From a bacterium (GTDB lineage Bacteria > Sysuimicrobiota > Sysuimicrobiia > Sysuimicrobiales > Segetimicrobiaceae): 64,000 nucleotides of DNA. The stretch is from NCBI GenBank assembly GCA_035308905.1, contig DATGFS010000042.1, positions 3,093-67,092 of the forward strand. The letters run 5' to 3'. Positions 47,451 to 57,189 of the stretch are shown piece by piece; positions within the stretch are counted from its first letter, which is position 1, and each line of letters begins with the position of its first letter. The notes under the pieces are model-generated. The model saw nothing but the letters and a program-made list of their open reading frames with translations. It was not told the DNA's origin and did not search any database. The position numbers and the translations under genes are program-made.

Positions 47451-47503
47451 GCGCGGCGATTCGTGTTACAATTGTGGGCGGAAGGATCGGTGGATGCCAG
47501 GCG

Positions 47504-47941
47504 GTGGCGGTCCGGCTGACACAAGCGCAGTTCGAACAGATTCTCGCTCAAGCGCGCGCCGAAGCGCCGCATGAGTGCTGCGGGCTGTTGCTGGGCCGGG
47601 GCGATGCCGTAGAGGAAGTGTTCGCAGGGCGGAACGTGGACGAGACACCCGAAACGCGCTACGTCATGGATCCGTTGGATGAGTTGCGGGCGTTTCGCCT
47701 GATGGACGAGCGCGGGTGGCAACTAGTCGGAATCTATCATTCCCATCCGCTGACGGAGGCTTACCCGAGCGAGACCGACAAGAACCGCGCGCGTGACGAC
47801 AAGGACCGACCGCTCTTTCCGGGTGCGCGCTACGTGATCGTCTCGCTGAAGGAACCGGGGAATCCTCGGATTCGAGCCTTCCGGCTCGACGGGGCGGACA
47901 AGGCAAAATCGGTCCCCGAAGAGGACGTGGTGGTGACGTGA
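47504..47941 (+). CDS. mec: JAMM/MPN+ metalloprotease (Mec+/CysO-cysteine peptidase)
   Basis: …ECCGLLLG…, JAMM motif [14 protein letters not shown]; alternative GTG starts at 47432 and 47474. Confidence 0.75.
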   Translation: MAVRLTQAQFEQILAQARAEAPHECCGLLLGRGDAVEEVFAGRNVDETPETRYVMDPLDELRAFRLMDERGWQLVGIYHSHPLTEAYPSETDKNRARDDKDRPLFPGARYVIVSLKEPGNPRIRAFRLDGADKAKSVPEEDVVVT

Positions 47942-48366
47942 AGGTCAGCACTCGGGCGGAATACGGAATTCGCGCGCTGATCGACCTCGCTCAGCACTTC
48001 GGAGAGGGGCCGGTGCAGAGCCACGAGATCGCGCGCCGCCAGGGCCTTCCCGAGCCGTACCTCAACCAGCTGCTGACGACCCTGCGGCGGGCGGGCCTCG
48101 TGCAGAGCAAGCGCGGCCCGAGCGGGGGCCACATGCTCGCGCGCTCGCCGGAAGGCGTCACGATCGGCGAGGCCTTTCTCGCTCTCGAGGGCAGCGTCGC
48201 GCCCTGGCTGTGCGTGGAGGACGAGGACGCGCACTGCATCTACGCACCGGGGTGCGGGCTGCGGCCCGTCTGGCAGGCCGTCAAGGCCGCGACGGAGGAC
48301 GTGCTCAACCGCACCACCCTCGCCGACGTCGTCGGGCGCCCGCTGGCGCCGCTCACGAAGGCGTGA
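47938..48366 (+). CDS. Rrf2 family (CymR/IscR-like) transcriptional regulator with three-Cys cluster
   Basis: wHTH N-terminus ([15 protein letters not shown]…), [15 protein letters not shown]; GTGA overlap with mec. Confidence 0.8.
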   Translation: MKVSTRAEYGIRALIDLAQHFGEGPVQSHEIARRQGLPEPYLNQLLTTLRRAGLVQSKRGPSGGHMLARSPEGVTIGEAFLALEGSVAPWLCVEDEDAHCIYAPGCGLRPVWQAVKAATEDVLNRTTLADVVGRPLAPLTKA

Positions 48367-49028
48367 CGGCCGCGCCCCGCGGCGGCTGCCAGCACGTCGA
48401 GGCTCCGTCCCGCGCGCTCGAGCCGGCGTCTTCCGACGCGGGCGGGCCCGCCGCGCCGGGTTCCCGCGACACGTACGAGCATCTGATCTCCGCCCACCTC
48501 GACGGACTCTACAGCACCGCCCGCCGGCTCACGCGCCACGCCGCGTCCGCGGAGGACCTCGTCCAGGAGACGATGCTCAAGGCGTGGCGGTCCTTCCACA
48601 CGTTTCAGCCGGGCACCAACGTCCGGGCGTGGCTCTACCGGATTCTCATGAACACGTACTTCGACGCGCAGCGCAAGCGCTCGCGCGAGCCGGAGATCGT
48701 CGCCGCGGACGACGTCGGCGACCTCTACCTCTACAGCCGGGCGCGCGACGGCGCCGCGCTCGGCGAATCCGGTAATCCGGAGTTCCTGGTGCTCGACCAC
48801 ATCCTGGACGCCGAGATACGGGAGAGCCTCGAGGCGCTGCCCGTGCCGTTCCTTGCCGCGGTGCTGCTCGTCGACGTCGACGGGTTCGCGTACAAGGAGG
48901 CGGCCGACGTGCTCGGCGTTCCGGTCGGCACGGTGATGTCGCGGCTCTACCGCGGCCGGCACGCGCTGCGGCGCCGGCTCGTCGACTATGTCCGCCGCCG
49001 GCGTCTCGTCCACGGGGGCGGCGTATGA
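48363..49028 (+). CDS. ECF (sigma-70 family, SigH/SigR-like) RNA polymerase sigma factor
   Basis: Region 2 [17 protein letters not shown]…[12 protein letters not shown], region 4 …[34 protein letters not shown]; start uncertain. Confidence 0.75.
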   Translation: MTAAPRGGCQHVEAPSRALEPASSDAGGPAAPGSRDTYEHLISAHLDGLYSTARRLTRHAASAEDLVQETMLKAWRSFHTFQPGTNVRAWLYRILMNTYFDAQRKRSREPEIVAADDVGDLYLYSRARDGAALGESGNPEFLVLDHILDAEIRESLEALPVPFLAAVLLVDVDGFAYKEAADVLGVPVGTVMSRLYRGRHALRRRLVDYVRRRRLVHGGGV

Positions 49029-49249
49029 ACTGCCGGGAATGCCTCGATCAGATGTGGCAGTACATCGACGGCGAGCTGGACATCGCGTCGAGCGATGAGC
49101 TGCAGCGCCACCTCGCGCAGTGCCGCGAGTGTTTCTCCCAGGCCGAGCTCGAGCGCCGCCTCAAAGACATGATGCGGCGCGCGTGCGGCGGCGAGCACGC
49201 GCCCGCGCGTCTGCGCGAGCGCCTCGCGAAGATTCTGCAGCTCTATTAG
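49025..49249 (+). CDS. Zinc-binding anti-sigma factor (ZAS family, RsrA/RshA-like)
   Basis: [10 protein letters not shown]…HLAQCRECF: HxxxCxxC ZAS motif; ATGA overlap with the sigma factor stop. Confidence 0.7.
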   Translation: MNCRECLDQMWQYIDGELDIASSDELQRHLAQCRECFSQAELERRLKDMMRRACGGEHAPARLRERLAKILQLY

Positions 49250-49281
49250 CGGGGGGGCGCGCGCCCCCGGTGCCGCATCCT

Positions 49282-50211
49282 ATGACGCGACGCGCGGCCA
49301 TCGACATCGGCACCAATTCCGTTCGCCTCCTCGTGGCCGACGTCGGCGAGGACCCGGCGGGGGGCGGCGCGCTCCGGCCGGTGGACCGGCGCCTCACGAT
49401 CACGCGTCTCGGCGAATCGCTGCATGCCGGCGGATTGCTCACCCCCGACGCGGCAGCCCGCACCGCCGCGGTGGTCGAGGAGTACGTCGCCCGCGCCAAG
49501 GAGTCGGGCGTGCCGGATCCGATGGTCGCGGCGACGTATGCGGTTCGCGCGGCCCGCAACCCCGACGCCCTGCTGTTCCGGCTGTCGGTTCCGGTGCGCG
49601 TGCTGAGCGGTGAGGACGAGGCGGCGCTCGGCTTTCGCGGTGTCGTCTCGGGGTTCCGCGATTTGGCGCCCGACGCGCCGGTCGCCGTGCTCGACGTCGG
49701 CGGGGGCAGCGTCGAGGTCACCTGGGGCACCGCGCGGCACGGGGTCGAGGGAAGCCGCAGTCTCCCGATCGGATGCGTCGTCATGACGAAGCGCATGATC
49801 GCGCACGATCCGCCCGTCCCCGCAGAGACCGCGGCGCTCGAGGAGACGCTTGCCGCCGCGCTCGAGCCCGTGCTCGCGCCCCTGCGATCCCGCACGGATC
49901 GGTTGATCGGCGTCGGCGGGACGGTCACGACGCTCGCCGCCATGGCGCAGCGGCTCGTGCCCTACGAGCCCGACCGGGTGCACGGGTACCGGCTGACCGC
50001 GGCCGAGGTCGGGCGGCTGCTCGAGACGGCGCGCCGCCTGCCGCTGGCCGAGCGGCGCCGGCTGCCCGGGCTGCAGCCCGAGCGTGCGGACGTGATCGTC
50101 GCCGGTACCTTGGTCGTGCGCCATGCGCTTGCCTCGCTGCGCTGCGACGCGATCACGGCGAGCGAGGCGGACTTGCTGTGGGCGCTGGTCGCCGCGCCGC
50201 CGGCGCGGTAG
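49282..50211 (+). CDS. ppx: Ppx/GppA family exopolyphosphatase/guanosine pentaphosphate phosphohydrolase
   Basis: AAIDIGTNSVRLLVA…DVGGGSVE… ASKHA-fold motifs. Confidence 0.8.
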   Translation: MTRRAAIDIGTNSVRLLVADVGEDPAGGGALRPVDRRLTITRLGESLHAGGLLTPDAAARTAAVVEEYVARAKESGVPDPMVAATYAVRAARNPDALLFRLSVPVRVLSGEDEAALGFRGVVSGFRDLAPDAPVAVLDVGGGSVEVTWGTARHGVEGSRSLPIGCVVMTKRMIAHDPPVPAETAALEETLAAALEPVLAPLRSRTDRLIGVGGTVTTLAAMAQRLVPYEPDRVHGYRLTAAEVGRLLETARRLPLAERRRLPGLQPERADVIVAGTLVVRHALASLRCDAITASEADLLWALVAAPPAR

Positions 50212-50221
50212 CGTTGGTACG

Positions 50222-50932
50222 ATGGCCCACGTGCTGGTGGTCGAGGACGACGCGGCGCTCGGCGAAATGGTCCAGCGGGGACTCCAGGCGAGCGGCTACC
50301 GCGTGCGCTGGGAGCTCAACGGCGACGCCGCGTACGACGCCGCGTCGGGCGGGGTCTACGACGCGATCGTCCTCGATCTGATGCTGCCGGGGACCGACGG
50401 GCTTACGGTGCTGCGGGCCCTGCGCGACGCCGGCGTGCTCACGCCGGTGTTGTGCCTCACCTCGCGCGGCGAAACCGGCGATCGGGTCGCGGGACTCGAC
50501 GCCGGGGCCGACGATTACCTCACCAAGCCCTTCGCCTTCGAAGAACTCCTGGCGCGACTGCGCGCGCTGCTGCGGCGGCCGGGCGAGACGCTCGTGCCGG
50601 ACGTCCTGCGGCTCGGCGGGCTCACGGTCTGGCCGCGCGAACGCCGGGCGGCGGTGGCCGGACGGGCGATCGACATCCCTGCGCGGGAGTTCGACCTGCT
50701 GGAGTATCTCCTGCGGCATGCCGGCCACACCCTGCCGCGCGACCTCATTACCGAGCGGATCTGGGGCACCGAGCGGCCGCCCCGCGCCAACGTGGTTGAC
50801 GCGACGATCTCGCGGCTGCGGCGGCGTCTCGCGGCGGCCGGCTGGGACGGACAGATCGTCGCGGTGCCGACGCTCGGGTATCGTCTCGAGAATCGCGGCG
50901 CGGCGCCGGTCCGGCGGAGCGTGTCGCCGTGA
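50222..50932 (+). CDS. OmpR/PhoB family response regulator
   Basis: Receiver domain (VLVVEDD…DAIVLDLMLPG…) plus winged-helix Trans_reg_C. Confidence 0.85.
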   Translation: MAHVLVVEDDAALGEMVQRGLQASGYRVRWELNGDAAYDAASGGVYDAIVLDLMLPGTDGLTVLRALRDAGVLTPVLCLTSRGETGDRVAGLDAGADDYLTKPFAFEELLARLRALLRRPGETLVPDVLRLGGLTVWPRERRAAVAGRAIDIPAREFDLLEYLLRHAGHTLPRDLITERIWGTERPPRANVVDATISRLRRRLAAAGWDGQIVAVPTLGYRLENRGAAPVRRSVSP

Positions 50933-52197
50933 GGTGGAGCGCCGGCCGGCCGCCCGCCCATGCCGAGCTACTGCGCCGCAGCCGGCTGAACATCGCCGTG
51001 CCCTCGGCGCTGATCGTGGCGGCGCTGGTTGCCCTGATCGCCGCCGGCCTGTATCTGGCGGCGGAGCGCGCCGGCTACGCCGCCCTCGAAGGCCGCCTCG
51101 AGCGCGTTGCGCTCGAGGCGAGGCACCTCGGCGAACCGGGCGGGTATCTCGTCTTCGATGAAAGCGATCATCTGCTCTCGAGCGGTCCTCCGCAGTACGA
51201 CGATTCGCGCGAGGGCATGCAGATCGTGCGCGATGCACGGTTCGGCCCGGTCGCCGTGTTGACGCTGCCGGTCACGGCGGACGGTCCCCACGTGGTCGCC
51301 GTGCCGGCGGGTCCCGAACTGCGGGCCCTCGATCAGCTGCGGCGGTCGCTCGCCGGGATGACGCTGGCCGCCGCGGTCGCGGCGCTGTGCGCGGGCTACG
51401 CGCTGGCCGGGGTCGCGGTGCGGCCGCTCGACCACGCCGTACGCGACCGCAGCGAGTTCGTGGCGCTCGCGTCGCATCAACTCCGCACCCCGCTGTCCGT
51501 CATCCGGACCTCCGCGGAGCTGGCCCGCGCCGGCCTCGACGTCTCGCCGGCCGAGGCGCTCGGGGTGATCCTCGAACAGGCGCGGCGCATCGAGACGCTC
51601 GCCGATCGGTTGACGCGGCTCGCGCGCGCGGGCGCCGGGGCGCGGCGTCCGCGCGGCACCGTGGAGCTCACCGCTGCCGTGCGCGACCTGGCCGCGCTTT
51701 TCCGTCCCGCGGCGGAGCAGGCCGGCGTCGCGCTGGCCGTGGACGCGCCGGACGCGGTGTGGGCGTGGGTGGACCGGCAGACCCTCGACGAGGCGACGTC
51801 GCCCGTCGTCGAGAACGCGCTCAAATTCAGCCCCGCGGGCGGCACCGTGACCGTCCGGGTCCGCCGGGATCGCCGCCGGGCGATCGTCGACATCGCCGAT
51901 ACCGGGCCGGGCATCCCGGCGGCCGATCTCCCCCACGTGACGAGGCCGTTTTTCCAGGGTGGGCGCAGGCGGGGCGGGTATGGTCTCGGCCTCGCGATCG
52001 CCCAGGCGGCCGCCGTGCGATGCGGGGGCCGGATCGTCATCGCGGCGGGGCGGGACTCCGGCACCATCGTCAGCCTCGTACTCCGCGCGGCATCGCCTCC
52101 GCGCGCGCCCCTTCCCGAGGCCCGGCCGAGCGGTGAGCCGGCCGCGGCTGCCGGCGTCATGGCGCCGTCATCTCCGCCCCGTATAGTCGACGATTAA
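50929..52197 (+). CDS. Sensor histidine kinase (HisKA + HATPase_c)
   Basis: TM segment, H-box SHQLRTPLS, N and G boxes (…DTGPGIPA…GGYGLGLAI…); GTG overlaps the response regulator stop. Confidence 0.8.
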   Translation: MRWSAGRPPAHAELLRRSRLNIAVPSALIVAALVALIAAGLYLAAERAGYAALEGRLERVALEARHLGEPGGYLVFDESDHLLSSGPPQYDDSREGMQIVRDARFGPVAVLTLPVTADGPHVVAVPAGPELRALDQLRRSLAGMTLAAAVAALCAGYALAGVAVRPLDHAVRDRSEFVALASHQLRTPLSVIRTSAELARAGLDVSPAEALGVILEQARRIETLADRLTRLARAGAGARRPRGTVELTAAVRDLAALFRPAAEQAGVALAVDAPDAVWAWVDRQTLDEATSPVVENALKFSPAGGTVTVRVRRDRRRAIVDIADTGPGIPAADLPHVTRPFFQGGRRRGGYGLGLAIAQAAAVRCGGRIVIAAGRDSGTIVSLVLRAASPPRAPLPEARPSGEPAAAAGVMAPSSPPRIVDD

Positions 52198-52248
52198 GCG
52201 GACGCCCAGGCGCGTCCGCGGCAGGCGGGCGGGTCCCGGGGGGGCGGC

Positions 52249-53067
52249 GTGGCGGAACAGGGCCGGGCGGCGATCGAGCTCGACGGCGTCACGAAGCGCT
52301 TCTGGACGCCGGGCGGAACCTACTATACCGCGGTTCGCGATCTTACCTTCGACATTCCCCAGGGCGAGTTCTGCGCAATCGTCGGTCCGACCGGATCGGG
52401 CAAGTCCACGACGCTCGGGCTGATCGCCGGCCTCGACGTGCCGAGCCGCGGCGGCGTGACGGTGCTGGGCGCGCCCGTCGCCGGCATCACGCGCCACGCC
52501 GGGTACATGTTCCAGACCGACGCCATCTTTCCGTGGAAGAACGTCGTCGACAATGTCGCGACCGGGCCGATCTACCGCGGCATGCCGCACGCGGAGGCGC
52601 AGCGCAAGGCCCGCGACTGGGTGGCCCGGGTGGGACTCGGGGGCTTCGAGGACCGCTATCCGTACCAGCTCAGCGGGGGCATGCGCAAGCGCGTGGCGCT
52701 GGCCCAAAGCCTGATCATCGAACCGCGGATTCTCTTGATGGACGAGCCGTTCGCGGCCCTCGACGTGCAGACGCGGACGCTCATGGAAAACGAGCTGCTG
52801 GAGATCTGGTCGCAAACGTCGGCGTCGGTCGTGTTCGTCACGCACGACCTCGAGGAGGCGATCGCGCTGGCCGACCGCGTGCTGGTGTTCACCGCGGCGC
52901 CGGCCACGTTGAAGCACGAGTACCGCATCGATTTGCCGCGTCCGCGCAACGTCACCGAGATCCGGTTCGATCACCGCTTCACCTCGCTGTACGCGCAGAT
53001 CTGGGCGGACCTGCGGGATGAGGTCATGGTGGCCTACGAGCGCTCCAAGCGAGGGAGCGCGGCATGA
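52249..53067 (+). CDS. ABC transporter ATP-binding protein (NitT/TauT family)
   Basis: Walker A GPTGSGKST, signature LSGGMRKR, Walker B LLMDEPF. Confidence 0.85.
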   Translation: MAEQGRAAIELDGVTKRFWTPGGTYYTAVRDLTFDIPQGEFCAIVGPTGSGKSTTLGLIAGLDVPSRGGVTVLGAPVAGITRHAGYMFQTDAIFPWKNVVDNVATGPIYRGMPHAEAQRKARDWVARVGLGGFEDRYPYQLSGGMRKRVALAQSLIIEPRILLMDEPFAALDVQTRTLMENELLEIWSQTSASVVFVTHDLEEAIALADRVLVFTAAPATLKHEYRIDLPRPRNVTEIRFDHRFTSLYAQIWADLRDEVMVAYERSKRGSAA

Positions 53068-53981
53068 CCGCGCGCCTGACGCCCCCGGCGTCGTCCCCGG
53101 CCGCGACGGTTCCCTCCCGCGGCGTCAGGCCGCCCGCCGCGCCTGAGCCCTCCGCGATCGAGTTCGAAGAGCAGGCCATTCTCGCCCGCGAGCGCGCGCG
53201 CCGGCGCTGGGAGCGCCTGTGGCAGATCGGCGTGTTCGTCGTGATCGTCGGCGGGTGGGAAGCCTGCGCGCGGGTCGGGCTGGCCGATCCGTTCTTCTTC
53301 GGGCAGCCCTCCGGCATCGCGGCGACGATCTGGCGGTGGACGACGCGCGGAACGCCGCAGGGGCCGCTCTGGGCGCACGTCGTCGTGACGCTCGAGGAGA
53401 CGATCCTCGCGTTTCTGATCGGCGTGGGGCTGGGCGTCGTCGCGGGGTTCGCGCTGGGGCGCAACCGCACGCTGGCCGCCATCTTCGGCCCCTACGTGCG
53501 GATGGGCAACGCGATCCCGCGGGTGATCCTCGGGTCGATCTTCGTGATCTGGCTCGGTCTGGGGATGGCCAGCAAGGTCGCGCTCGGCGTGACGCTCACG
53601 TTCTTCGTGGTGTTCTTCAACGCGTTCCAGGGCGTGCGCGAAGTCGATCCCAACCTGGTCAACAACGCGCGCGTGCTGGGCGCGAACGGCCGGCAGCTCT
53701 CCTTCGACGTGATGCTGCCGTCCGCGCTGAGCTGGATCACGAGCAGCCTGCACACGAGTTTCGGATTCGCGCTGGTCGGCGCGGTCGTCGGCGAGTTCAT
53801 CGGCTCCAACCAGGGGCTCGGCTACCTCGTCGCGGCGGCGCAGGGCGCGTTCAACGCCAACGGCGTCTTCGCGGCGATGGTGATCCTGTCTGTCGTGGCG
53901 CTGATCGCGGACGCCCTGGTTACGCGGCTGGAGCACCGGCTCACGCCCTGGCGGCCGCCGGCGCAGCGGGTCGGCCCATAG
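53064..53981 (+). CDS. ABC transporter permease (NitT/TauT/SsuC family)
   Basis: Six TM segments, EAA-like loop; ATGA overlap with the ATPase. Confidence 0.85.
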   Translation: MTARLTPPASSPAATVPSRGVRPPAAPEPSAIEFEEQAILARERARRRWERLWQIGVFVVIVGGWEACARVGLADPFFFGQPSGIAATIWRWTTRGTPQGPLWAHVVVTLEETILAFLIGVGLGVVAGFALGRNRTLAAIFGPYVRMGNAIPRVILGSIFVIWLGLGMASKVALGVTLTFFVVFFNAFQGVREVDPNLVNNARVLGANGRQLSFDVMLPSALSWITSSLHTSFGFALVGAVVGEFIGSNQGLGYLVAAAQGAFNANGVFAAMVILSVVALIADALVTRLEHRLTPWRPPAQRVGP

Positions 53982-54079
53982 GGCCCGCGCTCCCGGCCGG
54001 CAGGCGAACAGTCCGTCCCAACCAACCGGCAATACGCACGGATGCACGGAGTTCAAACGGTCACACGAGGAGGGGATGC

Positions 54080-55102
54080 ATGAAGCATACGATGCGGTGG
54101 ATCGCCGTTCTGGTCTGCGCGGCCCTTGCCGGGATCGGCGGCGCCGGAGCGGCCGGCGCGCAGACCCCGCCGAAGTTCAGCATCATGGTGGGCGGGCTCG
54201 AGAAGATCATCTACCTGCCCGGGATGCTGGCGCAGCGGCTGGGCTACTACAAGGACGCCGGCGTCAACGTCACGCTGCTCGACGAGGGCGCGGGCGTGTC
54301 GGCGGAGGACGAGATGCTGGCCGGACGGGTCGACGCGGTCGGCGGATTCTACGACCACACGATCGACCTGCAGTCGAAGGGCAAGATCCTCGAGGCCGTC
54401 GTCATCTGGGACCGCGTCCCGGGCGAGGTCGTCGTCGTCTCCAACCGGTCCGGGATCAAATCGCTCGCGGACCTCAAGGGCAAGCACATCGGCGTGACCG
54501 GCATCGGCTCCTCGACCAACTTCCTGGCCTCGTACTTCGTCACGAAGGGCGGCGGCTCGCAGGGGCAGTACACGCCCGTTCCGGTCGGCGCCGGCAACAC
54601 GCTGATCGCCGCGATGCAGCAGAACCGCATCGAAGCGGCCGTCACCACCGAGCCGACGGTCTCGCGCCTCATGAAAATGGGCGTGGCGCACGTCCTGGTC
54701 GACATGCGAACCGCGGCGGGCACGCGCGCGGCCCTCGGCGGCACCTATCCGGCCGCATGTCTCTATATGAAGTCGGACTTTGTGAACAGCCACCGCGACG
54801 CGGTGCAGCGTGTCGTCACGGCGTATGTGCGGACGCTCAAGTTCCTCCAGACGCACTCCGCCGCGCAGGTGGCCGAGCAGATGCCGGAAGACTACTACGT
54901 GGGTGACAAGCCGCTCTACCTGACCGCGCTCGGCGCGAGCATGAACATGTTCAGCCCGAACGGCATGATGCCGCCGGACGGCCCGCCGACCGTGCTGAAA
55001 GTGCTCGCGGCCTTCAACAAGGACCTGGATCCGGGCAAGGTCGAGCTCAAGAAGACCTACACGGACGAGTTCGTGCAGGGCGCGCTGGCGAAGATCAAGT
55101 AG
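54080..55102 (+). CDS. ABC transporter substrate-binding protein (NMT1/SsuA/TauA-like)
   Basis: Signal peptide MKHTMRWIAVLVCAALAGIGGAGAAGA; periplasmic-binding-protein fold; RBS GAGGAGG. Confidence 0.8.
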   Translation: MKHTMRWIAVLVCAALAGIGGAGAAGAQTPPKFSIMVGGLEKIIYLPGMLAQRLGYYKDAGVNVTLLDEGAGVSAEDEMLAGRVDAVGGFYDHTIDLQSKGKILEAVVIWDRVPGEVVVVSNRSGIKSLADLKGKHIGVTGIGSSTNFLASYFVTKGGGSQGQYTPVPVGAGNTLIAAMQQNRIEAAVTTEPTVSRLMKMGVAHVLVDMRTAAGTRAALGGTYPAACLYMKSDFVNSHRDAVQRVVTAYVRTLKFLQTHSAAQVAEQMPEDYYVGDKPLYLTALGASMNMFSPNGMMPPDGPPTVLKVLAAFNKDLDPGKVELKKTYTDEFVQGALAKIK

Positions 55103-55231
55103 CGCGGGCGCCCGCGAAGCGGCGCGGCGCCCAATCCGGGCCGCGCCGTTTTCGCTTTGACAGCGGCCTATCGAGTGGTATAATTTGGGTGTGTCGCGGT
55201 GACGCGGCATCAAATGTTCAGATGGTAGCGG

Positions 55232-55308
<77 letters not shown>

Positions 55309-55466
55309 AATAGTGAAGGCCTGGGACGCCCGGAACGCTTGATACTCAAGCGTTTCGGGCTCTCGGCTTTTCTGGGGGGTTTGTTACCTGGGTGCCCGCC
55401 GGTACCCGGGAATACCGGCCAGAGGGGTCCGCACAGGGGTCCGCACAAAATCGCAGGAGGGCTCGG

Positions 55467-56789
55467 GTGGCCAAGCTTGTCCGGGAAGGAGGCAACGGCA
55501 GTCGGCAGGTCCGGCGGCCGGACGGACACGCGGAGCAATATGCACGCTCGCCCCGTTGGCGCGTCCGCTTCGTTGTGTCCTATCCGGACGGCTCGCGGAC
55601 GATCCGCTCGAAATTGACGCCGCGGAAGGCCGAGGCTGGCCTCCTGCGAACCGAGGCCAGTCGCTTCGAGCGCCTGAGCCGGACCGGCACGGCGACCCAG
55701 CAGGATCTCGGGCACTTCCTACGCTTGGGCCTCATCTCCAGAGATGACTACCTGCGACTCGGCGGCACGCAGCTCGACATGAGTTGGGACGAGGTGCTCT
55801 CGACCTATATCTCGAGCTCATACGGCCGGTGCCGGTACTTCACCCACCGGAACAACGCGGCTCGCGCGGAGCGCATCGTGGCGTTCCTTCGTGAGCGGGC
55901 AGCCGTTGCGCGAATCGCCGATGAGGACATCCGCGCCTACCTGACGTCCCGATCCTCCGAAGTCAGCAAGAAGACGCTGAAGATCGAGCTCGACGTCGCG
56001 CGACAGTTGTTGGATCACCCCGTCGGCCGCGGGGTCCTCCGGCAGCCGCCGTGGAACCTGCTCATGTCCGCGAACCCGGCGCGGCGTGTCAACGGGTTCG
56101 AGAGCACCGTCGCCCGCACACGCTTCCCGCGGGCGCTCAGCTACGAGGAGGACCTGCAGCTCCTGGCCCTGGTGCGAGATATGGAAACCGCCTCACCCGC
56201 GCTGGCGGGAGCAATCCTGCTTCTTCGGTTCTACGGTCTCCGTCGGGCGGAGCTCCAGTACCTCACCCATGCGGACCTGGTCGGATCGGCGGTGCTCGTG
56301 CAAGCCAAGGCGGTCCGCCCGGATCTGCTTGGGCCGAGCCGGTCCAGCGCCTCGCCGGCCGGCCGCCATCGCAACGTCGTCGAGCGGCGGGAAACGCGGG
56401 ACCAGTTCAAGGACGGCATGTGGCGCGTCAAGGATCATGAGGCGCGGACCATCTGGATGCCCGGGGCCGGCGACGATCCAGATCCGAGGCCGATGCAGCG
56501 CATCCGCCCGCTGCTGCCGTCCAAAACCGCGGGTCGGTTCGTCCTCGGCGGCCACCATACGCTGCATCGCGACGCGATTTCAGCGGCGGTGGAGCGGGTG
56601 CTCCACCGAATCGATGCCGCTCTCACCACCCACTGTCTGCGGCACAGCTTTGCGACGTCGCTCATCGGGCGCGGCGTCAATGTGGTGCGTGTGAAGGAGT
56701 TGATGGGGCACAGCGACCTGAAGACGACGCTGGTGTACACACACCTACCACGCCGCGGCGATCCCGACGACCTGCTCGATCACCTGTAG
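55467..56789 (+). CDS. int: Tyrosine-type site-specific recombinase/phage integrase
   Basis: C-terminal catalytic motifs …HCLRHSFATSLIGRGVNVVRVKELMGHSDLKTTLVYTHL; GTG start 7 nt after AGGAGGG. Confidence 0.85.
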   Translation: MAKLVREGGNGSRQVRRPDGHAEQYARSPRWRVRFVVSYPDGSRTIRSKLTPRKAEAGLLRTEASRFERLSRTGTATQQDLGHFLRLGLISRDDYLRLGGTQLDMSWDEVLSTYISSSYGRCRYFTHRNNAARAERIVAFLRERAAVARIADEDIRAYLTSRSSEVSKKTLKIELDVARQLLDHPVGRGVLRQPPWNLLMSANPARRVNGFESTVARTRFPRALSYEEDLQLLALVRDMETASPALAGAILLLRFYGLRRAELQYLTHADLVGSAVLVQAKAVRPDLLGPSRSSASPAGRHRNVVERRETRDQFKDGMWRVKDHEARTIWMPGAGDDPDPRPMQRIRPLLPSKTAGRFVLGGHHTLHRDAISAAVERVLHRIDAALTTHCLRHSFATSLIGRGVNVVRVKELMGHSDLKTTLVYTHLPRRGDPDDLLDHL

Positions 56790-56919
56790 GCCTATCATCT
56801 GGTCGTTGGAGTCAAACGCAAGACCTATCCGGGCTCCTCGTTGCGCTCGGGCGGGAATGGCCCATCTGCGGTCCCTATTGTGTGGTGGGGGCACCGGTCA
56901 ACGACGAGGAGGGTTCCAC

Positions 56920-57180
56920 ATGAGTAGCGAGCAGAACATCGATATAACCGTGGTCGTGTCGGGGCAAGCCGAGCGGCTAAAAATCAATGTGCATCAGACG
57001 CTTGAGCAACTTGTCCGGGATGCGCTTCAGAGGAGTGGCAACCAGGGGCAGCCACCGTCGGACTGGGAGCTAAGGACGGAGAACGGCACCTTGCTCAACC
57101 AGAGCTTGACGGTCGCGGCCGCCGGCCTCAAGGATGGGATGACGCTGTTCCTCAGCCCGAAGGCCGGCGCCGGCGGGTAG
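56920..57180 (+). CDS. Ubiquitin-like beta-grasp protein ending in Gly-Gly (BilA-like Ubl)
   Basis: 86 aa; ubiquitin-like alternating hydrophobic pattern (IDITVVVSG…LKINVHQTLEQL…GMTLFL) and C-terminal …PKAGAGG; RBS GAGGAGGG. Confidence 0.65.
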   Translation: MSSEQNIDITVVVSGQAERLKINVHQTLEQLVRDALQRSGNQGQPPSDWELRTENGTLLNQSLTVAAAGLKDGMTLFLSPKAGAGG

Positions 57181-57189
57181 GAACGGCTG

